Below are positions 56,590-64,000 of a stretch of 64,000 nt of DNA, in pieces. Position 1 is the first letter of the stretch. Each line of letters opens with the position of its first letter. This stretch comes from Patescibacteria group bacterium (GTDB taxonomy: Bacteria > Patescibacteriota > Minisyncoccia > Ryanbacterales > GWA2-47-10b): the NCBI GenBank assembly GCA_038065475.1, contig JBBTQY010000008.1, forward strand, positions 6,562 to 70,561, read 5' to 3'. Under the pieces are notes generated by a model, which saw nothing but the letters and a program-made list of their open reading frames with translations, was not told the DNA's origin and made no database searches. Position numbers and translations under genes: made by a program.

Positions 56590-56721
56590 ATGACACTCTA
56601 CACACAACCTTGGGCTTCAGACGAAGAAGACGAGTTTACCGACGAGGATGAGCTTGCCGACGAAGACCTGAGCGAAGATGAGGATGAAGATGACGACACC
56701 TTTAACGAAGAGGGAATGTAA
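56590..56721 (+). CDS. 43-aa extremely acidic peptide
   Basis: MTLYTQPWASDEEDEFTDEDELADEDLSEDEDEDDDTFNEEGM followed by a terminator hairpin. Confidence 0.6.
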   Translation: MTLYTQPWASDEEDEFTDEDELADEDLSEDEDEDDDTFNEEGM

Positions 56722-56792
56722 TATACAAAATACCCCAGCATGCGCAGGGGTATTTTCTTGAAAAAAAGCTCAATCTTTGGTATAAAAAGTGT

Positions 56793-59267
56793 GTGATTTT
56801 TCGCTCATTGCGGAAGAGGCGCAAGCATAATCTACTCCTCTGGATTCTCGCCGTCGTGACTGCCGGCGTGTTTCTTTTTCTTATCGCAGGAATTTTACTC
56901 TTTGCCTTTATCAAGCTGCCAACTTTAGAAGATTTTCGTGAGCGTAAAGTAGCTGAATCAACTAAAATCTACGATCGAACTGGAAAGATACTGCTTTGGG
57001 AAGTACATGGGGAAGAACGTCGTACGGTGGTGCCGTTTGAAAATATTTCACGCAATGTAAAAAATGCCACTATCGCAATCGAGGATTCAAATTTTTATTC
57101 CCATCATGGCATTAGTCCGATCTCACTCTTTCGCGTAATTTTTATCAATATCTTTCAGGGAAAACAGGTGGGAAGTGGTGGATCCACCATCACCCAACAG
57201 TTGGTAAAAAATACTCTTCTAACGAGCGAGCAAACTCTGATCCGTAAGGCAAAAGAGATTATTATCGCCATCAAACTCGAATCCGCCTACGGTAAAGATG
57301 ATATTCTCAATCTCTATCTCAACGAAATACCTTATGGATCAAATATCTACGGGGTAGAATCAGCAGCTCAAAACTTTTTTGGTGTATCAGCCTCAGATAT
57401 ATCGCTCGCCCAAGCAGCATATATTGCGGCAATTCCCAAAGCACCGACTCGCTATTCACCCTATGGCAACAACCGTAAAGATCTAGAGGCACGTAAAAAC
57501 CTTGTACTTGAGCGTATGCGTACCCTCCAGTATATTTCGACAGAAGAATACGAAGAAGCGAAAAAAGAGAAAGTAGTTTTTCTTCCTCATAGGCGCCAGG
57601 GGCTTTTAGCACCACACTTCGTCATGTATGTCCGCGAAATACTCAATGAAAAATATGGAGAAGAAGTTGTCGAACAGGGCGGACTCGAAGTCATCACCAC
57701 ACTTGATGCAAATCTGCAGGCAAAGGCAGAGGAAATTATAGCGCGCCGCGCGCCTGATATGCAGAAAAATTTCAATGCTTCAAATATCGCATTAACCGCA
57801 CTCGATCCCAAAACGGGTCATATCTTGGCCATGATTGGGTCGCGCGATTATTTTGATATAAATAACGACGGCAATTTCAATGTAGCACTCGCACATCGCC
57901 AGCCTGGCTCAGCATTCAAACCGCTTGTGTATGCGACGGCATTTAAAAAAGGATACACACCCGAAACGGTCGTCTTTGATCTTGAGACAAACTTTGCGGC
58001 AGGTGGAGATCCTTATATACCGCAGAACTATGACGATAAGTTTCGTGGACCTATCACTTTACGTGAGGCACTCGCGCAATCTCTCAACATCCCTGCAGTA
58101 AAGACTCTTTATCTAGCTGGTATTGATGATTCTATTAATACTGCGCGTGACTTTGGTATGACTACTCTTACAAATAAAAGTCGCTACGGTCTCACACTCG
58201 TACTTGGTGGAGGTGAAGTATCTCTTCTCGAGCTTACTTCGGCGTATGGCGTATTTGCTAATCAAGGTATTAAAGCAAATCATCATCCTATCATTCAGGT
58301 AAAAGATAAAGACGGCTCTATCTTGGAAGAAGAAACAGTACGTCCCGAACCAGTTATCGATACTAATATCGCCAACATGATATCAAGTATTCTTTCTGAC
58401 AATACTGCTCGTACACCAGCATTTGGTGCGCGCTCTCCTCTTTATTTTGATGGAATATCGGTTGCTGTAAAAACTGGTACCACCAACGATTATCGCGATG
58501 TTTGGACAGTTGGTTATAACCCAAATATTGTTGTTGGTACGTGGGCGGGGAATAACGATAATTCCTCAATGACCAAAAATGTGGCTGGATTTATTATCGC
58601 CCCCTTGTGGCGTGAATTTATGGACGCGGCGCTCGAGCAGGTGGAGAAAACTCCCTTTACCCCACCTCAACCGACGGGCGTAAAAAAACCCGTATTGCGA
58701 GGAATCTGGAAAGGTTCTCGCTCTTATGAGATTGATAAAATATCGGGAAATCTTGCCACCCCCTTTACTCCTGCTGATCAACGTGAAGAGCGGGTAACTC
58801 AAGAAGTTCACTCAATTCTTTACTGGGTACAAAAAGACAATCCTGATGGCCCCATACCAACTAATCCTGTAAATGACCCTCAATTCTCGCTCTGGGAAGG
58901 TCCTGTACGTTTATGGGCGGAACGAAATGGATATAGAGATGGAGATATATCGGGTAAACCTACAGATTATGATTCATCTCATTCCCCTGAAAATTGGCCT
59001 GTGATTACCTTTCCTAAAGGCGAGGAGCAAAAAACATTTGACTATGGAGATGAACTGATATTCCATCCAACCATCACCGGACGCTACGCAATTGTCGATA
59101 TTGAAATATTTGTCGATGGTGAATTTGTAAGATCGGAAAAAGGTACTCTCTCGAATATTGAAATAGGAGATTATGAAACCGGATCGCACACTTTAAAACT
59201 TAAAGTATATGATGTCATCGGTAATAGGCAAGAACGCGAGATTACTTTTACTGTCGCGGCCCCTTAA
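56793..59267 (+). CDS. Class A penicillin-binding protein (PBP1A family)
   Basis: EDSNF..H.G, GGSTITQQL, QPGSAFK, SLN, KTGT. Confidence 0.96.
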   Translation: MIFRSLRKRRKHNLLLWILAVVTAGVFLFLIAGILLFAFIKLPTLEDFRERKVAESTKIYDRTGKILLWEVHGEERRTVVPFENISRNVKNATIAIEDSNFYSHHGISPISLFRVIFINIFQGKQVGSGGSTITQQLVKNTLLTSEQTLIRKAKEIIIAIKLESAYGKDDILNLYLNEIPYGSNIYGVESAAQNFFGVSASDISLAQAAYIAAIPKAPTRYSPYGNNRKDLEARKNLVLERMRTLQYISTEEYEEAKKEKVVFLPHRRQGLLAPHFVMYVREILNEKYGEEVVEQGGLEVITTLDANLQAKAEEIIARRAPDMQKNFNASNIALTALDPKTGHILAMIGSRDYFDINNDGNFNVALAHRQPGSAFKPLVYATAFKKGYTPETVVFDLETNFAAGGDPYIPQNYDDKFRGPITLREALAQSLNIPAVKTLYLAGIDDSINTARDFGMTTLTNKSRYGLTLVLGGGEVSLLELTSAYGVFANQGIKANHHPIIQVKDKDGSILEEETVRPEPVIDTNIANMISSILSDNTARTPAFGARSPLYFDGISVAVKTGTTNDYRDVWTVGYNPNIVVGTWAGNNDNSSMTKNVAGFIIAPLWREFMDAALEQVEKTPFTPPQPTGVKKPVLRGIWKGSRSYEIDKISGNLATPFTPADQREERVTQEVHSILYWVQKDNPDGPIPTNPVNDPQFSLWEGPVRLWAERNGYRDGDISGKPTDYDSSHSPENWPVITFPKGEEQKTFDYGDELIFHPTITGRYAIVDIEIFVDGEFVRSEKGTLSNIEIGDYETGSHTLKLKVYDVIGNRQEREITFTVAAP

Positions 59268-59547
59268 ACGCAACATTTTCTACACCTCCCTGTGGCACGC
59301 TTTCTCGAAGTTTTTCGAGAATATGATTTTGACGCTGATGGATGTAATGCTTAAGAATTGCAGACGCTGTATAGATTAAAACAGTCCCATCTCGATATTC
59401 AACCTGGTACTGTCCCTCATATCCCACCAGTATAGTCTGGAGAGCTCCCATAACGGTCTCGCTTGATCGCTTTCGTGCAAGCTCGTGGGATTTATCAATC
59501 CGTGCAAACGCGTCCGGGAGAAGGACGAATATGCGGTTAAAACTCAT
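59248..59547 (-). CDS. DciA/DUF721-like helicase-loader accessory protein
   Basis: Directly after dnaN; G.V.I...S.......HQ....ILEKL......V.....F pattern. Confidence 0.6.
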   Translation of the reverse strand: MSFNRIFVLLPDAFARIDKSHELARKRSSETVMGALQTILVGYEGQYQVEYRDGTVLIYTASAILKHYIHQRQNHILEKLRESVPQGGVENVAFKGPRQ

Positions 59548-60659
59548 ACATTACCCTTCATGGGCATAACAATATACATCGATCCTTCGCGTCCTGTGGG
59601 CTTAATAAGTAATGGCTGTGATTCGGAGTTAAAACCAAAAAATAATTTCTCTTCTGCATATGACTCCACACCTTGAAGAAGATATTGAAAATTAAAAACG
59701 ATAGAGACATCTTCTCCATCGAACTCACCCTTCGTAACACCTTTATAGGTACCTTGATTGTTTTTACTCTCAATAGTTATAGATTTATCTTTTACATTAA
59801 GAGAAAAGGATACGCTATTGAGTTTATTGGCAAAAATACTTGCACGGCGTAGTTGACTCACTATCTCTTGTCTCGTAGCTACCCCATGAGTTTTAAAGTT
59901 TTTGGGTATAATCTGTTGATAATCTGGGAAATTCCCCTCAGTAAGTCGTGAATAAAGTGTAATATCTCCAAATTGAAAGGTTCCCTCACCCTTACTGATA
60001 AGAAACTCTACCGTATCTTCACTACTCTGATCGGCAAGTCGAATTATCTCTTCAAATGTGCGAGCCGGGAGTAGAAAGGTTTCTTTTGGATTTTTTATTG
60101 ATACTGAGGCAAGTTTTAAGCGTTCTTCACTGAGGCGAAAACTATCAGTTGATGCGATAAGGAAGGTTTCTTTCTCTAAAATCCCCAATACACTAGCGAG
60201 CTCTGGTTTGATGGCACTTTTTGATACTGATATTAAAACTCTGGGGAAAAACTGTGTAATATCTTTCTTGTATATTTTAGCTTTATAAAGCTCCTTTACT
60301 ACCGGAAATGGAGGGAAGTCTTCTTGAGGATATCCTTTTATGGTTGTTTCCTGCCCTTGAACCGTAAGACTTATGTCGGCGCCATCGCTCTCAAGAGTTA
60401 TTTTTTCATCTTTAGAAAGAGTTGATATATAAGAAAGAAGTTGTTTTGCAGGTATTACTACACCACCCTGCTCATTTACTGTGCACCTTACTAAGGTTTG
60501 AATACCAATCTCAAGATTAGTACCCATAACTCTCAATGATCCACCTTCGGTAGTTATAGAAAAAGATCCAAGTATCGGGAGAGTAATATCTTTACTTGTG
60601 GCGCGCTCAACAATGCTTAATGCTTTTTTAAAATTGTCAGCGATAATTATACACTTCAT
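59544..60659 (-). CDS. dnaN: DNA polymerase III beta clamp
   Basis: TNLEIG, STDSFRL, EGNFPDYQQIIP, VMPM. Confidence 0.97.
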   Translation of the reverse strand: MKCIIIADNFKKALSIVERATSKDITLPILGSFSITTEGGSLRVMGTNLEIGIQTLVRCTVNEQGGVVIPAKQLLSYISTLSKDEKITLESDGADISLTVQGQETTIKGYPQEDFPPFPVVKELYKAKIYKKDITQFFPRVLISVSKSAIKPELASVLGILEKETFLIASTDSFRLSEERLKLASVSIKNPKETFLLPARTFEEIIRLADQSSEDTVEFLISKGEGTFQFGDITLYSRLTEGNFPDYQQIIPKNFKTHGVATRQEIVSQLRRASIFANKLNSVSFSLNVKDKSITIESKNNQGTYKGVTKGEFDGEDVSIVFNFQYLLQGVESYAEEKLFFGFNSESQPLLIKPTGREGSMYIVMPMKGNV

Positions 60660-60844
60660 ACCAGGTTCGATAATAGATTAGTTAATATATTTTTATCTTT
60701 TAGTAGTAGTTATTGTGTGCGGGATAACGTGTATAAATTATTTTTTCTTTACAGAATAAGGAGAATGATATTTTTACTACGTGCCAAATGTTTTTATAGG
60801 TTGTGGATAGTAGTTGGATAGAATTTATTTATAAAAATATTTTT
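60660..60844. other. Probable oriC (dnaA-dnaN intergenic)
   Basis: AT-rich with DnaA-box-like GCGGGATAA, CGTGTATAA, TGTGGATAG, GTTGGATAG; further degenerate boxes at 62216-62342. Confidence 0.65.
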
Positions 60845-62215
60845 TTAGCTTTCATACATTTTTCCCCTGATTTGTTTTATTTCTTCCACAAGTTTTGAGT
60901 CTTTTTTTAACTCACCAGAAATTTTTTCATATGCATGAAGTGCTGTCGTATGATCTCGTCCACCAAGCTTCTGACCGATAAATGGATATGATCCATGAAA
61001 GTCTTCACGGAGAAGATACATGGCAATTTGCCTGGGTCTTACTACTTCGCGTCTACGGGATCGTTCAAAAAGCCCACCCTCTCCAAGGTCATAATATTGT
61101 GCTACAGCGTTGATTATCTGAGAAGGTGTCGCAACACGTTTTGCAGTCCTTGTGAGCTGCTCAAGCGCTATTTTTGCTTCCTCGAGGGTTAAAGGACGTT
61201 CCTTGAGTTTAGATTTTGCGAGGATGATATTAAGGGCGCCTTCAAGTTCGCGAATATTTTTTTGAATAGTAAATGCGATATACTCAAGTACTTCATCTGC
61301 TACCACAGGCTCTTTAGCTCCCTGCTTGAGCTTTAAGATAGCAAGGCGCGCCTCATACTCAGGTTCACTAATATCAGACGTAAGTCCAGCTTCAAAACGC
61401 GAGCGCAAGCGCTCTTCAAGATTTTGAATAGCCTGAGGAGGCTTGTCTGATGAGAAGATGATTTGTTTACCGCGTTCGTAAAGTGAATTAAAGGTATGAA
61501 AGAATTCTTCTTCACTTTTTGCCTTCCCTGCAATAAATTGAACGTCATCAATAATGAGAAGATCGACGTTTCGATACTTTTCTTTGAAGTTATGGAGTGG
61601 TTCGCGGTTTTGGATAATAGAAATAAGCTCGTTTACAAACCGTTCCGAGGTAAGATAGAGCACTTTAAAATCCGGATGGTCTTTTTTAACCTGATTGCCT
61701 ATCGCATGGAGAAGATGTGTTTTCCCGAGACCCACTCCCCCATAGACAAAGAATGGGTTATAGAGTGTACCGAGGTTTTTAGTTATAGAAAGGCCTGCTG
61801 CGTGGGCAAACTCATTAAAAGTACCAATAACAAATGATTCAAAAGTGTATCGTGGGTTGAGATTTGTGTCTCTATCAACAGAAAATTCTTTAAATTCAAG
61901 CTGTTCATCGAGCATCTCTACAGGTTCAGGGCGTTTTTTTGTCTGGGGTTGAAGGGGTGTATCGGCAGATGAGACGACGTAGCTTGCATTTCTAATCTCC
62001 GGCATTGTGGACCTCAGAGATTTGATGATATTTTTATGAAACTTCTTTTCTAACCATTCTTTTGCGAACGCATTAGGGACTGCGATAGTCGCGATACCGT
62101 CTTCAATGCCATGAATCGAGGTATGCTTGAACCAAGTGGCAAAATTAGCACGGGAAACTTCAAACTCGATCTGTCCGAGTACTGATTGCCACAATTCTTC
62201 TTGATTCATATACAT
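60845..62215 (-). CDS. dnaA: Chromosomal replication initiator DnaA
   Basis: YGGVGLGKTHL, IDDVQF, RELEGAL, GGRDHTT. Confidence 0.98.
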   Translation of the reverse strand: MYMNQEELWQSVLGQIEFEVSRANFATWFKHTSIHGIEDGIATIAVPNAFAKEWLEKKFHKNIIKSLRSTMPEIRNASYVVSSADTPLQPQTKKRPEPVEMLDEQLEFKEFSVDRDTNLNPRYTFESFVIGTFNEFAHAAGLSITKNLGTLYNPFFVYGGVGLGKTHLLHAIGNQVKKDHPDFKVLYLTSERFVNELISIIQNREPLHNFKEKYRNVDLLIIDDVQFIAGKAKSEEEFFHTFNSLYERGKQIIFSSDKPPQAIQNLEERLRSRFEAGLTSDISEPEYEARLAILKLKQGAKEPVVADEVLEYIAFTIQKNIRELEGALNIILAKSKLKERPLTLEEAKIALEQLTRTAKRVATPSQIINAVAQYYDLGEGGLFERSRRREVVRPRQIAMYLLREDFHGSYPFIGQKLGGRDHTTALHAYEKISGELKKDSKLVEEIKQIRGKMYES

Positions 62216-62342
62216 AAACTATATGGAGACGTAATTTATTTTCCAATATTGTAAAAAGAAAGCCAATATGTTCTAATTGTTTATAACATGTGCATGAGCT
62301 GTGTATTAGAAATTTTTGCTCACCACATCATATAATAATCAT

Positions 62343-62477
62343 ATGTCTACCACCTATCAGCCAAAAAAACGAAAACGAGGGCGAACTCACGGTTTTTTAA
62401 AGCGTAAGCGCACAAAAGCAGGACGCAACGTGGTCGCGCGTCGACGTCAAAAGGGGCGTAAACGCCTCACCGTCTAG
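62343..62477 (+). CDS. rpmH: 50S ribosomal protein L34 (not in ORF track)
   Basis: [44 protein letters not shown]. Confidence 0.97.
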   Translation: MSTTYQPKKRKRGRTHGFLKRKRTKAGRNVVARRRQKGRKRLTV

Positions 62478-62485
62478 GTACTTTT

Positions 62486-62815
62486 ATGCTTCGGCGGCAC
62501 GAACGCCTTCGTTCGGGTCGAGACATTGAGGCTGTCTTAAAGAAGGGGCGCAGGTACAATGACCCCTCCCTCCTTATCTGGGTGATGAAAAAACCTCAAG
62601 GATCCTTTCGAGCGGCCGTTCTCTGCTCAAAAAAAATAGATAAGCGCTCTGTGGGCCGCAATGCTATCAAGCGCAGAATACGCGAGGCGGTTCGCCAGGT
62701 CTTAAAACCGCATTTCCCCACTGGAGACATTGTTATTAGTGCAAAGGTAGGCGCTAAAGGGCTTAAACCCGCTCAATTTAAGAATATCTTCCAAAATGTC
62801 TTTCATATTTCATAA
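62486..62815 (+). CDS. rnpA: RNase P protein component
   Basis: KK..RSVGRNAIKRRIRE; position after rpmH. Confidence 0.92.
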   Translation: MLRRHERLRSGRDIEAVLKKGRRYNDPSLLIWVMKKPQGSFRAAVLCSKKIDKRSVGRNAIKRRIREAVRQVLKPHFPTGDIVISAKVGAKGLKPAQFKNIFQNVFHIS

Positions 62816-63509
62816 TTTTTTCTATCAGCCCCTCCTCAATGTTCTTGGGGTGATTATCATGATAGCGCCTGGGCATAACCTGGGGATAGCAGTCATTATT
62901 CTCACACTTCTCGTTAACCTACTACTACTCCCTCTTTCTATTAAGATGCGTCGTTCTCAGCGAGCGATGCAGGAAATCCAGCCTGAGATTGAGAAGATAC
63001 GTCAGCAGGTGAAAGATAAAAATGATCAGGCGCGCCGTACTATGGAGTTGTATCGGGAAAAAGGTATCAACCCCTTTTCCGGGTTTCTCTTTATTTTGCT
63101 ACAAATACCTCTCTTTTTTGCTCTCTTCCGAGTACTTAAAAACCTCGATAATCTTACCCACGATGCATATGATTTCCTTCCCCTCTTCCCACCCTTTAAT
63201 CCTATTTTCCTCGGAGTAATTGATTTAACCCATCCTCATTTGGCGCTCGCGCTCTCAGCCGGGATATTTCAGCTTATACAGGGTATTTTTACTCTTTCAA
63301 TACAGAAGAAAAACAAACAACCTACAAGCGATTTTGCCTCTGCTCTGCAAAAACAAATGGTTTTTACCATGCCGCTTTTTATTGTCATCATCAGCATGCA
63401 GTTGCCATCCGCCCTCGCTCTTTATTGGACGACTCTGAGCCTCTTTGCTATAGTGCACGAAGGATTTGGGAGGCTCTATGGAAGAAACTCAAGTCACAAC
63501 AACAAATAG
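62796..63509 (+). CDS. yidC: Membrane protein insertase YidC/Oxa1
   Basis: QPEIEKI, MELYREKGINP, LQIP, PSALALYW. Confidence 0.95.
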   Translation: MSFIFHNFFYQPLLNVLGVIIMIAPGHNLGIAVIILTLLVNLLLLPLSIKMRRSQRAMQEIQPEIEKIRQQVKDKNDQARRTMELYREKGINPFSGFLFILLQIPLFFALFRVLKNLDNLTHDAYDFLPLFPPFNPIFLGVIDLTHPHLALALSAGIFQLIQGIFTLSIQKKNKQPTSDFASALQKQMVFTMPLFIVIISMQLPSALALYWTTLSLFAIVHEGFGRLYGRNSSHNNK

Positions 63510-63951
63510 TAAGGCAATCGAGTGCGCCCGCGAGTTTTTAGTCGCGATGAATGTCGATGCTCGCGTGGAGGAAGGCGTGATCGGTGACTCAGTAGCACTC
63601 CTCATTCGTACCGATGACGCGAGCCTTTTGATCGGTGAAAATGGGGCGAATCTACAAGCCCTTAACTATATTCTGCGCCGGGTTATTGAGCGCAAGACAG
63701 GAACTCCCGAGGCGCAGCTCATGATAGACGTTAACGACTATCAGCGCCGACGGTTTGATGATCTTCGCGATAAGGCGCGTATGGGGGCACAGCGCGTACG
63801 ATATTTCAAAAAAGAGGTAACACTTGAGCCTATGACCGCCTTTGAGCGTAGAATCGTGCATATGGCCCTTCAGGAATATCCTGATATTGCCACCACGTCA
63901 GTCGGAGAGGGGCCTACACGACGAGTTATGATTAAGCTCCTCGCTATCTAG
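63478..63951 (+). CDS. jag: Jag/KhpB (KH + R3H) RNA-binding protein
   Basis: LIGENGANL.AL, DVNDY, PM.AFERRIVH, SVGEGP.RRV. Confidence 0.92.
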   Translation: MEETQVTTTNSKAIECAREFLVAMNVDARVEEGVIGDSVALLIRTDDASLLIGENGANLQALNYILRRVIERKTGTPEAQLMIDVNDYQRRRFDDLRDKARMGAQRVRYFKKEVTLEPMTAFERRIVHMALQEYPDIATTSVGEGPTRRVMIKLLAI

Positions 63952-64000
63952 TTTCCAGGGATAGCCGCCTGACTGATACGAAGACTCCAGAGTAAGGAGT

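Noticed and set aside
63952-64000. Possible start or end of an RNA gene after jag
   Set aside because: Only 49 nt are visible and there is no diagnostic motif.

Overview
Chromosomal segment next to the replication origin of a small-genome bacterium, most likely Patescibacteria/CPR (Parcubacteria-like). This assignment is inferred from gene content, shortened valS and YebC, a membrane-anchored Clp ATPase and pervasive leaderless genes; the genetic code is 11. Core genes: dnaA-dnaN-dciA, rpmH-rnpA-yidC-jag, polA, holA, ruvA/ruvB/ruvC, uvrB, nth, valS, tsaD/tsaE, murE, PBP1A, uppS, rplS, rpsT, a MacAB-type ABC exporter, an ECF sigma factor, a PilB/GspE ATPase and 9 tRNAs. The main find is an ~8 kb AT-richer array (12.8-20.9 kb) attached to the 3' end of tRNA-His. 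It has about 13 mostly single-gene cassettes (HIT, GNAT, SixA-like, 2H, kinase-like, NUDIX, alpha/beta hydrolase, C39-like and others) separated by a ~55-bp att-like repeat. The repeat's half-sites assort independently, its left half is fused to the tRNA, and its arm spacing differs from the tRNA T-loop half-site by 5 bp, as in serine-integrase attP/attB. It looks like an integron-like gene-capture platform, yet it has no attC sites and there is no recombinase in the window. Also found: an unannotated ~490-nt highly structured ncRNA (43.2-43.7 kb), a type III hammerhead ribozyme (38.6 kb), a 6S-like rod RNA candidate, a ~110-nt sRNA, palindrome-interrupted partial tRNA duplicates, a free-standing LAGLIDADG gene, and several small ORFs missing from the ORF track. 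All calls come from reading the sequence; no searches were run.
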